DNA from: Candidatus Omnitrophota bacterium
Lineage (GTDB): Bacteria; Omnitrophota; Gorgyraeia; Gygaellales; Profunditerraquicolaceae
Length of the DNA: 64,000 nucleotides
Reading direction: 5' to 3'
NCBI GenBank assembly: GCA_016208765.1
Contig: JACQXK010000085.1
Coordinates: 4,814-68,813, forward strand
The notes beneath the pieces are model-generated. The model saw only the letters and a list, made by a program, of their open reading frames with translations. It ran no database searches and was not told where the DNA came from. Made by a program: the position numbers and the translations under genes. This document shows positions 9,149-19,457 of this stretch, piece after piece (the first letter of the stretch is position 1; each line of letters starts with the position of its first letter).

Positions 9149-10060
9149 ATGAATAAATCCCTTCCTCAAGAATCCTGCCCCAAGAATAAAATTATTTCAA
9201 TAAAAGCTTACGCTAAAGTTAATCTGTTTTTAGCGGTATTGAATAAACGTAAAGATAATTTCCATAATCTAAACACGCTCTTTGGGCGCATTGACCTTGC
9301 AGACAGGATTATTTTAAGATCGCTGCCTGCTAATGAAATCAAGGTTGTTTGCGCGCATGGTTCTGTGCCGGAGGATGAATCAAATCTTTGTTTTAAGGCA
9401 GCCAAGCTTTTGCAGCAGAGATGTAAGTGCAATTGCGGCGTTGAGATAAAGATTGATAAACGCATCCCTGTCGGCGCTGGTTTAGGAGGGGGCTCAAGTG
9501 ATGCTGCAGCAACCCTTATTGGCCTAAATAAGCTTTGGAGGTTAAACCTTAACCAAAAGAAATTAGCAAATTTGGCCAAGAAAATCGGCTCTGATGTGGC
9601 TTTTTTTATGTACGGCCTCTCTTTTGCCCAAGGCCTCTCCAGAGGAGAAAAAATCCGCAAGCTCCCTCAACTTGTTAAATTGCGCCTTTGGTTTATTCTG
9701 GTTGTGCCTGAAATACACGTTTCTACGCCTTTAATTTATCGTAAATTTGATGAACTTCTTGGGTTGACAAAGCCAGTTTGTAATGTTAAAATATTAAATT
9801 CAGCGTTAAGAAAAGACGGGCCTTTTGCTGTCAAAAGCCTTTTGTTTAATAGCCTGGAAGCGGTGACCACCCGGATCTATCCAGAAGTTAAACTTGTGAA
9901 AAAAATGCTCTCTGATTTGGGCTTGGAATCTATTCTTATGTCCGGAAGCGGTCCGGCGGTGTTTGGTTTGGTTTCTTCAAGAAAGGAGGCCGTAACCTTA
10001 GGCGAAAAGCTTAGGGGGCAGAAAATGCCGTGGCAGATTTTTGTCACGCGGACAATTTAA
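9149..10060 (+). CDS. ispE: 4-diphosphocytidyl-2-C-methyl-D-erythritol kinase
   Basis: AKVNLFL, KRIPVGAGLGGGSSDAA and MSGSG GHMP kinase motifs. Confidence 0.95.
   Translation: MNKSLPQESCPKNKIISIKAYAKVNLFLAVLNKRKDNFHNLNTLFGRIDLADRIILRSLPANEIKVVCAHGSVPEDESNLCFKAAKLLQQRCKCNCGVEIKIDKRIPVGAGLGGGSSDAAATLIGLNKLWRLNLNQKKLANLAKKIGSDVAFFMYGLSFAQGLSRGEKIRKLPQLVKLRLWFILVVPEIHVSTPLIYRKFDELLGLTKPVCNVKILNSALRKDGPFAVKSLLFNSLEAVTTRIYPEVKLVKKMLSDLGLESILMSGSGPAVFGLVSSRKEAVTLGEKLRGQKMPWQIFVTRTI
9764..9792 (+). promoter_or_regulatory. Promoter inside ispE, probably driving spoVG, tRNA-Gln and glmU onward
   Basis: TTGACA (9764-9769), 17 bp, extended TGn-TAAAAT (9787-9792). Confidence 0.65.
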
Positions 10061-10128
10061 CCCGGATCAATTTGTGTTTTTAATGAAAGAACGGGTTTAA
10101 CGCTGATGCATTTTAAGGAGGTAGCAAC

Positions 10129-10539
10129 ATGGAGATAACCGAGGTTAGGGTGGTCCTGAAAGATTCTCCTGATAAGAAATTAAAGGCATACGCTACTGTA
10201 ACTTTTGAAAACGCTTTTGTGGTAAGGAACATTAAAGTAATTGAGGGCGCAACCGGGTTGTTTATAGCAATGCCGTCAAGGAAAATAAAACAAGGTTGCC
10301 CTAAATGTAATTTTAAGAATGAATTGCGCAGTAGATATTGCAATCAATGCGGTTCGCAGCTTCCGGTGAACATACGCGCGCCTTCTGCTGAACCAAGCGG
10401 CGCAACTCAGTTAGAGCATAAAGATATTGCCCATCCGATAACGCAGTCTTTCAGGGAATATCTGCAAAAAAGGGTATTAGACGCATACGAAGAAGAGAAG
10501 AAAAAGGGTGTTTCTTCCGGTTCTTCATTTGATGAATAA
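10129..10539 (+). CDS. spoVG: SpoVG family protein with zinc-ribbon insertion
   Basis: MEITEVRV...LKAYATVTF...GLFIAMPSRK...DIAHPI with a CPKC...CNQC insertion; AAGGAGG RBS. Confidence 0.9.
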   Translation: MEITEVRVVLKDSPDKKLKAYATVTFENAFVVRNIKVIEGATGLFIAMPSRKIKQGCPKCNFKNELRSRYCNQCGSQLPVNIRAPSAEPSGATQLEHKDIAHPITQSFREYLQKRVLDAYEEEKKKGVSSGSSFDE

Positions 10540-10554
10540 GTGAAATAAATATAC

Positions 10555-10628
10555 TGGGATGTCGTCCAATGGTAGGACACGAGAATTTGGGTCTCGCTAT
10601 TATGGTTCGAATCCATACGTCCCAACCA
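10555..10628 (+). tRNA. tRNA-Gln (anticodon TTG)
   Basis: Acceptor TGGGATG/CGTCCCA, anticodon arm CGAGA-ATTTGGG-TCTCG, T loop GGTTCGAATCC, encoded CCA. Confidence 0.93.
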
Positions 10629-10638
10629 ATAAAATCTT

Positions 10639-11898
10639 ATGAAAAATAATCTTGCTTGTATTATTCTGGCTGCTGGTAAGGGAGAGAGGATGAAATCTGA
10701 AACTCCCAAGGTATTGCATCGGGTTTGCGGCAGGCCGATGATTAATTATGTTTTAGACCTTTCAAAAGAACTTAAAATAAAAAGCAGCGTGGTAGTGCTG
10801 GGGCACAAGGCCGAGGAAGTAAAAAAAGTAATCCCCGAAGGTTTTAAAATTGCCATCCAGAAAAAATTAGCAGGCACTGCTGATGCGGTTAAAGAGGCTT
10901 TGCCCAAGTTAACAGGTTTTTCCGGTAGCATTCTAATTCTTTACGGCGATATACCTCTGCTTAAAAAAGAAACGCTGAAGAATTTATTAGAGCAGCACTC
11001 AAAGAGCGGTGCAGACCTGACTATTTTAACCGCTGTATTGGACAAGCCCTCTGGATATGGCAGGATTCTAAGGGATAAATATACTGCTATCTGCGGTATT
11101 GTAGAAGAAAAAGACGCTGATGACTTTGAGAAGGATATCAAGGAAATTAATACCGGGATTTTTTGTGTTAAAAAAGATAAATTAGAAAAAGCGATCAAGC
11201 TTATCCGTCCGAATAACCGCAAAAATGAATATTATCTTACTGATATTTTGAAGATTATTTATAAAAATGGCGGGGTTATTGAAGGTATGAAGATCCCTGA
11301 TATAGATGAAGCCCTGGGGATCAATTCGCGCGTTGAGCTTGCCAAGGCAACAGGAATAATGCAAAAAAGGATAAATGAAAAATTAATGCAGCAGGGCGTA
11401 ACTATTATTGACTCGGATTCTGCATTTATAAATTTTGGGGTAAAAATCGGCTCAGAGAGTGTGATTTATCCCTTTACAGTTATTGAAAATGGTGTTAAAA
11501 TTGGAAAACGTTGTTCTGTAGGGCCTTTTGCCCATTTGCGCGAAGGCACTGAGTTAAAAGATGAAGTGTTGGCCGGAAATTTCATTGAGTTTGTGCGTTC
11601 TCATATCGGAAGCAAAACTTTCCTGAAGCATTTCTGCTATATCGGAGATACCCGCATCGGCAGTAAAGCCAATATTGGAGCAGGGACGGTCACTGCAAAT
11701 TTTGACGGAACTAATAAAAATCTTACGGTAATCAAGGATTCTGCTTTTGTCGGCTGCGATACTGTTATTGTTGCCCCGGCAAAAATCGGCAAGTCTGCTG
11801 TAACCGGAGCAGGCAGCGTGATTTTAAGGCATCAAAATATAAAAGACGGCCAAACTGTTGCTGGTGTGCCGGCTAAAATTATTAAACGAAAGAGGTAA
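10639..11898 (+). CDS. glmU: Bifunctional UDP-GlcNAc pyrophosphorylase / glucosamine-1-phosphate acetyltransferase
   Basis: ILAAGKGERMKS, GYGRI, EYYLTD and hexapeptide repeats. Confidence 0.93.
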   Translation: MKNNLACIILAAGKGERMKSETPKVLHRVCGRPMINYVLDLSKELKIKSSVVVLGHKAEEVKKVIPEGFKIAIQKKLAGTADAVKEALPKLTGFSGSILILYGDIPLLKKETLKNLLEQHSKSGADLTILTAVLDKPSGYGRILRDKYTAICGIVEEKDADDFEKDIKEINTGIFCVKKDKLEKAIKLIRPNNRKNEYYLTDILKIIYKNGGVIEGMKIPDIDEALGINSRVELAKATGIMQKRINEKLMQQGVTIIDSDSAFINFGVKIGSESVIYPFTVIENGVKIGKRCSVGPFAHLREGTELKDEVLAGNFIEFVRSHIGSKTFLKHFCYIGDTRIGSKANIGAGTVTANFDGTNKNLTVIKDSAFVGCDTVIVAPAKIGKSAVTGAGSVILRHQNIKDGQTVAGVPAKIIKRKR

Positions 11899-11900
11899 TT

Positions 11901-12839
11901 ATGGATAAATTATCAGTAATTAGCGGCAATGCCCATCCTAAGCTGGCTAAAGAAATCTGCGACTACCTTAAAATTGAGCTTTCCGAAGCCTTGGTTACTC
12001 GTTTTAGCGAGGGAGAGATACGGGTCAAGATTGTGGATAATGTCAGGGGCAAGGATGTATTTGTGATCCAGCCGACCTGCCCTCCGCCGAATGAGAATTT
12101 AATGGAACTCCTGGTTATGCTGGATGCTTTAAGAAGGGCCTCTGCGGCGAGGATTACCGCGGTGATGCCTTATTTTGGATATGCCCGGCAGGATAGAAAA
12201 GACCAGCCTCGCGTTCCGATTACCGCAAAACTTGTGGCCAATCTTTTAACGGTCGCCGGAGCAAATCGTATCCTGACCATGGATCTGCATGCCGGGCAAA
12301 TCCAGGGATTTTTTGATATACCCGTGGATCATCTTTTTGCAGTAGGTGTTTTTATTGAATTTATAGAAAAATTAAAATTAAAAAATCCGGTTGCGGTTTC
12401 TCCGGATGTGGGAAGCATTAAAATGGCCCGCGCATACGCAAAAAGGCTTTCCGCCGGGCTTGCCATTATTGATAAAAGGCGCATTTCTCCGGACAAAGCC
12501 GAGGCCATGCACATACTCGGCGAGGTCAAGGATAAGGATGCGATTATTGTTGATGACTTGATTGCAACCGGAAGTTCGTTGGTAGAAGCAGTTGAGGCTC
12601 TAAAAAGAGCAGGGGCAAGGAGTATCCGCGCTGCAATTACCCACGGAGTTTTATCCGGCCCTGCAATAGAGCGTATTGAACAGTGCAAGGAACTGCAGGC
12701 ATTGTTAATCAGCGACAGTATTCCGTTGGAAGATCATAAGAAACACCCGCGGATTGAGGTTTTGCCTTTAGCCGGGCTTTTTGGCGAGGCGATTAAACGG
12801 ATTCATAACGAAGAGTCAATCAGTTGTTTATTTGATTAA
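11901..12839 (+). CDS. prs: Ribose-phosphate pyrophosphokinase
   Basis: YFGYARQDRK, DLHAGQIQGFF and VDDLIATG motifs. Confidence 0.97.
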   Translation: MDKLSVISGNAHPKLAKEICDYLKIELSEALVTRFSEGEIRVKIVDNVRGKDVFVIQPTCPPPNENLMELLVMLDALRRASAARITAVMPYFGYARQDRKDQPRVPITAKLVANLLTVAGANRILTMDLHAGQIQGFFDIPVDHLFAVGVFIEFIEKLKLKNPVAVSPDVGSIKMARAYAKRLSAGLAIIDKRRISPDKAEAMHILGEVKDKDAIIVDDLIATGSSLVEAVEALKRAGARSIRAAITHGVLSGPAIERIEQCKELQALLISDSIPLEDHKKHPRIEVLPLAGLFGEAIKRIHNEESISCLFD

Positions 12840-12874
12840 TCAAACTAAAAAAAGAGAACGGAGCGTGAAGCAAA

Positions 12875-13564
12875 ATGGAAGAGATATTACTTGATGCAGA
12901 ACAAAGACAGGAAATAGGAAAAGGCAAGGTTAAACATCTCAGGGATGCAGGTTTTCTTCCTGCAGTTGTTTATTTTGGCGGTAAGAATTCGCTTGCTTTA
13001 AAGATCTCCCGCAGCCAATTGATAAAGTTGGTTCATCAGTACCACATTGAAACTGCGGTTATTAACCTGAAGGTAAAAGACGATACAACAAAGAAATCCC
13101 GTCCATGCCTGATCAAGGAAATTCAGTATGATCCGGTGAGGGGCGATATTGTGCATGTGGATTTTAACGAGATTTCTTTGACCAAGGCAATTAAGGTCAA
13201 TGTCCCTGTGGTGGCAAAAGGGGATTCAATAGGCGTTAAACAGGAGGGTGGTTCTCTTGAACATATTCTTTGGGAGGTTGAAGTTGAGTGTTTGCCGACA
13301 AGCATTCCTAAAGAGATTGAGATTGACATTACGCAGTTAAAACTTGGCGATTCAATTCATGTTAAAGATATAGTTGCTCCTTCCGGAGTTAAAATTTTAA
13401 CTGAACCTGAAGGGATCGTCCTGACTATAGCTGCTCCGATGAAGGAAGAAGTTGCAGCGCCGGTTGAAGGAGAAGAGGTAAAAGAGCCGGAAGTAATTAA
13501 GGAAAAGAAAGAAGTCCCTGCTGCTGAGGGTGCAGAAGAAGGCAAAGAAAAAGAAAAGAAATAG
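12875..13564 (+). CDS. rplY: 50S ribosomal protein L25/Ctc
   Basis: PAVVY, IKEIQYDPV...HVDF, acidic tail; prs-rplY-pth synteny. Confidence 0.93.
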   Translation: MEEILLDAEQRQEIGKGKVKHLRDAGFLPAVVYFGGKNSLALKISRSQLIKLVHQYHIETAVINLKVKDDTTKKSRPCLIKEIQYDPVRGDIVHVDFNEISLTKAIKVNVPVVAKGDSIGVKQEGGSLEHILWEVEVECLPTSIPKEIEIDITQLKLGDSIHVKDIVAPSGVKILTEPEGIVLTIAAPMKEEVAAPVEGEEVKEPEVIKEKKEVPAAEGAEEGKEKEKK

Positions 13565-13568
13565 TGTA

Positions 13569-14150
13569 ATGAAGCTAATTATAGGCCTTGGTAACCCCGG
13601 AGATATTTATCAGGATTCAAGGCACAATATCGGTTTTTCAATCATAAGAAGTTTGTGTAAAGATTGCAAAGTCTCTTTGAAAAAAGAAAGTGGCATAAAT
13701 GCGGTATCGGCAAAAATAAAACTTGCCAATGATTTATGCGTGCTCGCCCTGCCGCTTACCTATATGAATCTCTCGGGCAACGCCGTAAAAGGGCTTTTAA
13801 AGAGGCATGAGATAGAAACGAATGATCTTCTGGTGGTTTGCGACGATTTGGATTTGGAGCTGGGCAGGCTAAAAATAAAACCTTCCGGTTCTTCAGGCGG
13901 CCACCGGGGAGTTGAGTCTGTTATAAAAAGCATAGATACACAACAATTCTCAAGGCTTCGCATCGGGATTGGAAGGCCGAAGGCAGGGGCTGAAGTTTCC
14001 GAGTATGTCCTTAAGCAATTTAGCCGCAAAGAAAAAGCGACCGTGCATGAAGCGATTGAGCAAGCAAAGGAATGTATTTTAATTTGGATAGAAAAAGGCG
14101 CAACCGAGGCAATGAACCGGTTCAACAAGAGGAGCGAAGAAAATGAATAA
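13569..14150 (+). CDS. pth: Peptidyl-tRNA hydrolase
   Basis: MKLIIGLGNPG..Y..SRHNIGF, TYMNLSG, GGHRG; ATG at 13569. Confidence 0.95.
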   Translation: MKLIIGLGNPGDIYQDSRHNIGFSIIRSLCKDCKVSLKKESGINAVSAKIKLANDLCVLALPLTYMNLSGNAVKGLLKRHEIETNDLLVVCDDLDLELGRLKIKPSGSSGGHRGVESVIKSIDTQQFSRLRIGIGRPKAGAEVSEYVLKQFSRKEKATVHEAIEQAKECILIWIEKGATEAMNRFNKRSEENE

Positions 14151-14430
14151 ATACGAAGCAATGTTTATTATCAAACCTGATCTTTCTGAAGAGGAAAGAA
14201 AAACGTTATTCAGCCAGATCAGCGATGCTGTAATAAAACATAACGGGACAGTGGAACAGGCAGCTGTTTGGGGGGAAAGGAGAAAATTATTTTTTCCTTT
14301 AAAGAAACAGCATGAGGGGCTTTATTATCTTATGAATTTTACCTCGCCGCCTTTGGCAGTAAAAGATATTCGTCACGCCTACAGGCTTAACGAATTTATC
14401 TTGCGGGTTTTGATTACAAATCAGCAATAA
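14143..14430 (+). CDS. rpsF: 30S ribosomal protein S6
   Basis: YEAMFIIKPDL...WGERRKL; rpsF-ssb-rpsR order. Confidence 0.92.
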   Translation: MNKYEAMFIIKPDLSEEERKTLFSQISDAVIKHNGTVEQAAVWGERRKLFFPLKKQHEGLYYLMNFTSPPLAVKDIRHAYRLNEFILRVLITNQQ

Positions 14431-14441
14431 GGGGGTAATTT

Positions 14442-14903
14442 ATGGCAAGTTTAAACAAAGTCTTATTGATGGGTAACCTTACCAAGGACCCGGAATTGCG
14501 TTATACTCCGCAAGGCACAGCCGTGGCGAATTTACGCATGGCGGTAAACCGTAAGTATAGAGATAAAAACCAGGAATTAAAAGAAGAAGTGTGTTTTATA
14601 ACTGCTGTGGTCTGGAATAAACAGGCAGAAACCTGCAATCAGTATTTACATAAAGGAAGCAGTGTTTTTGTTGAAGGCAGGCTGCAGTTTCGTTCATGGG
14701 AAGATACCGCCGGGCAGAAACGCAGCGTAATTGAAGTCAGGGCTGAACGCGTGCAGTTTATGGGCACACCAGGCCCGGGAGCAGGCGCCAGGGCCCAGGC
14801 GCAGGTACAAGCGCAACAGCCGGCAAATGAATTATCACAGGATACTACCACTACGGAATCAGCATGGTTACAAGAAAGCGAGGAAGAAATAAATGAAGGC
14901 TAA
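14442..14903 (+). CDS. ssb: Single-stranded DNA-binding protein
   Basis: LNKVLLMGNLTKDPELRYT and VEGRLQ motifs. Confidence 0.95.
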   Translation: MASLNKVLLMGNLTKDPELRYTPQGTAVANLRMAVNRKYRDKNQELKEEVCFITAVVWNKQAETCNQYLHKGSSVFVEGRLQFRSWEDTAGQKRSVIEVRAERVQFMGTPGPGAGARAQAQVQAQQPANELSQDTTTTESAWLQESEEEINEG

Positions 14904-15174
14904 GACTAAAACAAAGACATTCGGAAAATCAAAGTTTCCTCCAAGAAAGAAGAGAGAAAGCTTATTGGGGGCACGAAAGAAATTCTGCCGTTTTTGCGTG
15001 GATAAAGTTAAAACTTTGGATTACAAGGACACCAAAAGGTTAGAATATTTTATTAATGACAGGGGTAAGATGACATCCAGCCGTTTGTCGGGAAATTGCT
15101 CCAAGCATCAGAGAGTGCTTTCCGAGGCAATTAAAAAGGCAAGATTTGTGTCGCTTCTTCCCTACACGCGCTAA
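14893..15174 (+). CDS. rpsR: 30S ribosomal protein S18
   Basis: CRFC...DYKD...RGK...HQR...AIKKAR...LLPY. Confidence 0.95.
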   Translation: MKAKTKTKTFGKSKFPPRKKRESLLGARKKFCRFCVDKVKTLDYKDTKRLEYFINDRGKMTSSRLSGNCSKHQRVLSEAIKKARFVSLLPYTR

Positions 15175-15188
15175 AAAAGGAATTTACT

Positions 15189-15635
15189 ATGATGGAAGTA
15201 ATTTTAAACCAGGATATTGATAAGATAGGCAAGGCCGGTTCGGTTGTAAAGGTGAAGGATGGTTATGGCCGTAATTTTCTCATCCCAAATCGTTTGGCAA
15301 TGCCGGTAACTCCCGGTAATTTGAAAAAGCTTGAACAGGAAAAACAAAAAAAGGCTTTAATGCTTGAGAGTTTAAAGAAAGACGCCGAGGCGTTAAAAAC
15401 AAAACTTTCAGCGGTTTCTCTTACTTTGTCAAGCTTGGCAAAAGAAGACGAAAAACTTTTTGGAAGCATCAGCGCACATGATATTGCCCTTGCTTTAAAA
15501 GAAGAGGGCATTGAGATTGATAAAAGCCTGATCGCCTTAAGTGAGCCGATAAAGGCTTTAGGGATTTATGAAGTCCCTGTTAATTTGCACCCCGAGGTTA
15601 TCGCGAAACTAAAAGTCTGGGTAGTGAAAAAATAA
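15189..15635 (+). CDS. rplI: 50S ribosomal protein L9
   Basis: VKVKDGYGRNFLIP and KLFGSI motifs. Confidence 0.95.
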   Translation: MMEVILNQDIDKIGKAGSVVKVKDGYGRNFLIPNRLAMPVTPGNLKKLEQEKQKKALMLESLKKDAEALKTKLSAVSLTLSSLAKEDEKLFGSISAHDIALALKEEGIEIDKSLIALSEPIKALGIYEVPVNLHPEVIAKLKVWVVKK

Positions 15636-15638
15636 ACC

Positions 15639-16973
15639 ATGGCTAATGAACTCTTAGAAAAAGTCCCTCCGCAGAATCTGGAAGCAGAAATGGCGGTGTT
15701 GGGGTCTATGCTCTTGGATGATGAAGCTATTTCTGTGGCCCTGGAGCATTTGGATAAGAATTCATTTTATAAAGACTCCCACAAGAAGATCTTTGAAACC
15801 ACCCTTGAATTATTCAACAACAATAAGGCCGTTGACTTAATTACGCTTACCGAGGCGTTGAAAAAAAGCGCTATCCTTGACGAGGTCGGAGGCGCAGGTT
15901 ACCTTGCTTCTTTGGTAAATGTGGTTCCTACCGCAGCCAATATCAATCATTACGTAAAAATTGTCAAAGAAAAAAGCATTTTAAGGTCGTTGATCAATAA
16001 CGCCACGCGCATTGTTTCTCTTTGCTATGATAGCGAGGGGAATATTGATGAGGTTGTGGATTCGGCTGAGAAATTTATTTTTGAAGTTAGCGACAGAAGA
16101 ACTCAGGGGACGTATTTTTCCTTAAAGGACATTATTAAGGATAGCATTGAGACAATTGACAAACTTTATCAGAAGAAGGCGCATGTTACAGGCATTCCTA
16201 CCGGCTACATTGATTTTGACATTAAGACCGCAGGGCTGCAACCTTCAGATTTAATTATTGTTGCCGGAAGGCCGTCAATGGGAAAGAGCGCTTTGGCTCT
16301 TGGCATTGCCGAATATGCAGGGGTGATAGAAAAGATACCGGTTGCGCTTTTTAGCCTTGAAATGTCAAAAGAGCAGTTGTGCCAGAGGCTTCTTTGTTCA
16401 CATGCCCGTGTTGACGCGCATAAAGTAAGGACCGGATATCTGGCAACTTCCGACTGGCCGCGCCTGACTGCGGCAGCAGGAAAGCTTTCTGAAGCGCCGA
16501 TTTTTATTGATGATACTCCGGGGATCTCAGTAATGGAATTACGCGCAAAGGCGCGCAGGCTCAAGGCGCATCAGGACATAAAATTAATTATCCTGGATTA
16601 TTTGCAATTGATGCGCGGTTCAAATAATATTGAAAGCCGCCAGCAGGAAATTTCCGAGATTTCGCGTTCCTTAAAGGCGCTGGCAAGAGAGTTGAATGTG
16701 CCGGTTATTGCCATAAGCCAGTTGTCTCGCGCAGTTGAATCGCGTAACGACCACAGGCCTCAGCTTTCTGATTTGAGAGAATCCGGAGCTATTGAACAGG
16801 ACGCCGATGTGGTGGTATTAATCTTGCGTGAAGAATATTATATGCCTACTCCTGATAATCAGGGGATTGCCGAGGCAATTATCGCCAAACAACGCAACGG
16901 CCCGGTTGGCTCGGTAAAATTGTCATTTATTAAAGAATATACCCGTTTTGAGAATATCGCAAAAATAGAATAA
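15639..16973 (+). CDS. dnaB: Replicative DNA helicase
   Basis: AGRPSMGKS, DYLQLM and SDLRESGAIEQDAD; no intein. Confidence 0.97.
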   Translation: MANELLEKVPPQNLEAEMAVLGSMLLDDEAISVALEHLDKNSFYKDSHKKIFETTLELFNNNKAVDLITLTEALKKSAILDEVGGAGYLASLVNVVPTAANINHYVKIVKEKSILRSLINNATRIVSLCYDSEGNIDEVVDSAEKFIFEVSDRRTQGTYFSLKDIIKDSIETIDKLYQKKAHVTGIPTGYIDFDIKTAGLQPSDLIIVAGRPSMGKSALALGIAEYAGVIEKIPVALFSLEMSKEQLCQRLLCSHARVDAHKVRTGYLATSDWPRLTAAAGKLSEAPIFIDDTPGISVMELRAKARRLKAHQDIKLIILDYLQLMRGSNNIESRQQEISEISRSLKALARELNVPVIAISQLSRAVESRNDHRPQLSDLRESGAIEQDADVVVLILREEYYMPTPDNQGIAEAIIAKQRNGPVGSVKLSFIKEYTRFENIAKIE

Positions 16974-17026
16974 GTATTAGTAAAAAAATATTGATTTCCT
17001 TCAGGCCTTCTTATATAATACCAATA

Positions 17027-19381
17027 ATGCGATACCTAAAAGTTTTCTTTTTTGCATTTTCATTAATACTTACCGCTAACCTTTTTGCTTTTGCCCAGGA
17101 TAGCTCGCAAAGCCTTCCATTACAAGAAGCTTCTGCTGCGGATCTTCCCGCAAAAACAGTTACCGCTATTGAAATAATAGGTAACAAATCCACCAGCACC
17201 AATATAATCCTTTCTAAAATGAAGACTCACATTGGAAGCCCTTATCAGGAAAATGTGATTAGCGATGACCTGAAGCGTTTATTTTTGCTGGGGTTTTTTA
17301 GCGACATAAAGATTGATACCCAGGATTATAAGGATGGAGTAAAAGTCATTGTGCGCGTTACAGAAAGGCCGATTATTGAAACAATAAATTTTGCCGGTAT
17401 TACTCGCATTCGCATGAAGGATGAAAAATTAAAAGAGGAGTTGAAGTCTAAAGAAAAACAATATCTTGATTATCCCAGCCTTGCCGAGGATGTGCAAAAA
17501 CTAAGAAAGATGTATGAGAAAATCGGTTTTTCTCAGGTGCAGATTAATTATCAGGTGGATGTGGACAAGCAGACCAATAAAGCTAAAGTTCAATTTAATG
17601 TAGTTGAGGGGCAGAAGATCAGGATTAAACATATTGATTTTGAAGGCAACTCCGCATTTAGCGATAAGAAACTTTTGAGATTAATTAAAACCCGCTGGGC
17701 ATGGTTGTTCAACGCGGGCGTGCTTAAAGATGAGGTTTTAAAAGAAGATGTTGAGCGTGTTAAGTCGTTTTATCGCAGGCAAGGATATGCTGATGTAGCG
17801 GTTGATTCCGAGGTTAAACAGGATCCCAAAAAGCCGTATTTGCTGTATGTGATTATTCGTATTCAGGAAGGGAAGAAGTATTTAGTGGGTAATGTTTCTA
17901 TTCAGGGGAACAAGGAAATTCCTGAAAAGCTGATTATTAGCAAGCTTAGCGAAGCTATACCCGGCAAGGTTTACAGTGAAGATGCAATGAAATTTGATGT
18001 GGCAGGTATTCAGAGTTTATATTTTGACCGTGGCTATATTTCCTGCCAGGTGCAGGAAGCAACTTCTTTGAATTCATCAAGCGGCAGGGTTGATATTACC
18101 TATACAATTGCTGAAAATGAAATTGCTTATGTGGACAAAATAAAAATCCGCGGCAACATTAAAACAAAAGATATTGTTATCCGCCGGGAATTAAGGATCG
18201 CTCCCGGAGACAAATTTGACGGGGATAAGCTGCGCCGTAGCAAAGAGAGGCTGGCTAATTTAGGGTTTTTTGACGAGATCAGCTATGATACTGAGGATAC
18301 AAAAGAGCCGGACAAAAAAGACCTGATCGTTGATGTTAAAGAATCTAAGACAGGCGCCTTTAGCTTCGGCGGCGGATATAGCACAGTGGATCAATTTGTC
18401 GGGTTTGTGGAAATTGAACAAAAGAATTTTGACTGGCGCAATTGGCCTTATTTTACCGGAGGAGGGCAGGATATTAAGCTGCGCGCTTCTTTTGGCAGCA
18501 TTACCCAGTATTTTGATTTAAGTTTTACTAACCCGTGGATCTTTGATTATCCGGTTTCTTTTGGTTTTGACACATATAAGCGTGAACATAAAAGAGATAC
18601 CGATGTTGGTTATGGATATGACGAGAGCGTCTTGGGTGGAGATTTGCGCCTGGGCTACCAGCTAACCGATTTTATAAATACAGATTTAACTTATCGCTGC
18701 GATCAGATTAAAATTTCTAATATTTCATCAGATGCTACTATTGATTTACAGCAGGAACAAGGGAAGAATACAATAAGCAGTGTTACGCCAGCAGCAAGCT
18801 ATGATACAAGAGATAATGTTTTTGATCCTCATAAAGGAGATTTGCTTACGGGCTCAGTTGAGTTTGCCGGCGGCCCTTTAAGCGGGAATAAAGATTATTG
18901 GAAATTTTATGGTTCTGCATCACACTATATCCCATTACCATGGAATTCTGTTTTTGAAATAAAAGGCCGGGCAGGGGTCGGAGCTCCTTATGATGATACC
19001 GCGCGCATACCTATCTATGAAAGATTCTTCGCCGGCGGCGCCTACACTATCAGAGGTTATGAGGAAAGAAAAGTCGGCCCAATTGACCCTGTTTCAAGGG
19101 ACCCCCTGGGTGGCGACGCTATGCTTATCGGTAATCTTGAATACACGTATCCTTTGTTCAGTTTCTTAAAATTGGCGGCATTTTACGATGTTGGTAATGT
19201 TTGGGAGAGTAAAAAAGATTTCGGGAAAAACGGTTACAAATCGGGTATTGGTTTTGGTGTCAGGATCAAGACGCCTCTTGGCCCGATAAGGCTTGATTAT
19301 GGTTTCCCGATGAACAAAGAGCCGGGAGATGATGAAATAAAAGGCGGCCGTCTGCACTTTAGCGCAAGCCACGGTTTCTAA
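17027..19381 (+). CDS. bamA: Outer membrane protein assembly factor BamA
   Basis: Signal peptide, POTRA repeats, IRGY motif, beta-barrel ending in Phe; ATG 17027 preferred over 16991. Confidence 0.93.
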   Translation: MRYLKVFFFAFSLILTANLFAFAQDSSQSLPLQEASAADLPAKTVTAIEIIGNKSTSTNIILSKMKTHIGSPYQENVISDDLKRLFLLGFFSDIKIDTQDYKDGVKVIVRVTERPIIETINFAGITRIRMKDEKLKEELKSKEKQYLDYPSLAEDVQKLRKMYEKIGFSQVQINYQVDVDKQTNKAKVQFNVVEGQKIRIKHIDFEGNSAFSDKKLLRLIKTRWAWLFNAGVLKDEVLKEDVERVKSFYRRQGYADVAVDSEVKQDPKKPYLLYVIIRIQEGKKYLVGNVSIQGNKEIPEKLIISKLSEAIPGKVYSEDAMKFDVAGIQSLYFDRGYISCQVQEATSLNSSSGRVDITYTIAENEIAYVDKIKIRGNIKTKDIVIRRELRIAPGDKFDGDKLRRSKERLANLGFFDEISYDTEDTKEPDKKDLIVDVKESKTGAFSFGGGYSTVDQFVGFVEIEQKNFDWRNWPYFTGGGQDIKLRASFGSITQYFDLSFTNPWIFDYPVSFGFDTYKREHKRDTDVGYGYDESVLGGDLRLGYQLTDFINTDLTYRCDQIKISNISSDATIDLQQEQGKNTISSVTPAASYDTRDNVFDPHKGDLLTGSVEFAGGPLSGNKDYWKFYGSASHYIPLPWNSVFEIKGRAGVGAPYDDTARIPIYERFFAGGAYTIRGYEERKVGPIDPVSRDPLGGDAMLIGNLEYTYPLFSFLKLAAFYDVGNVWESKKDFGKNGYKSGIGFGVRIKTPLGPIRLDYGFPMNKEPGDDEIKGGRLHFSASHGF

Positions 19382-19457
19382 TCGCGTAGATTTTCGCGAT
19401 AAACCCGCCTCATAGATGGTAAAAATTAGATAATGAACATAAAGGAGGAGTAGCAAA

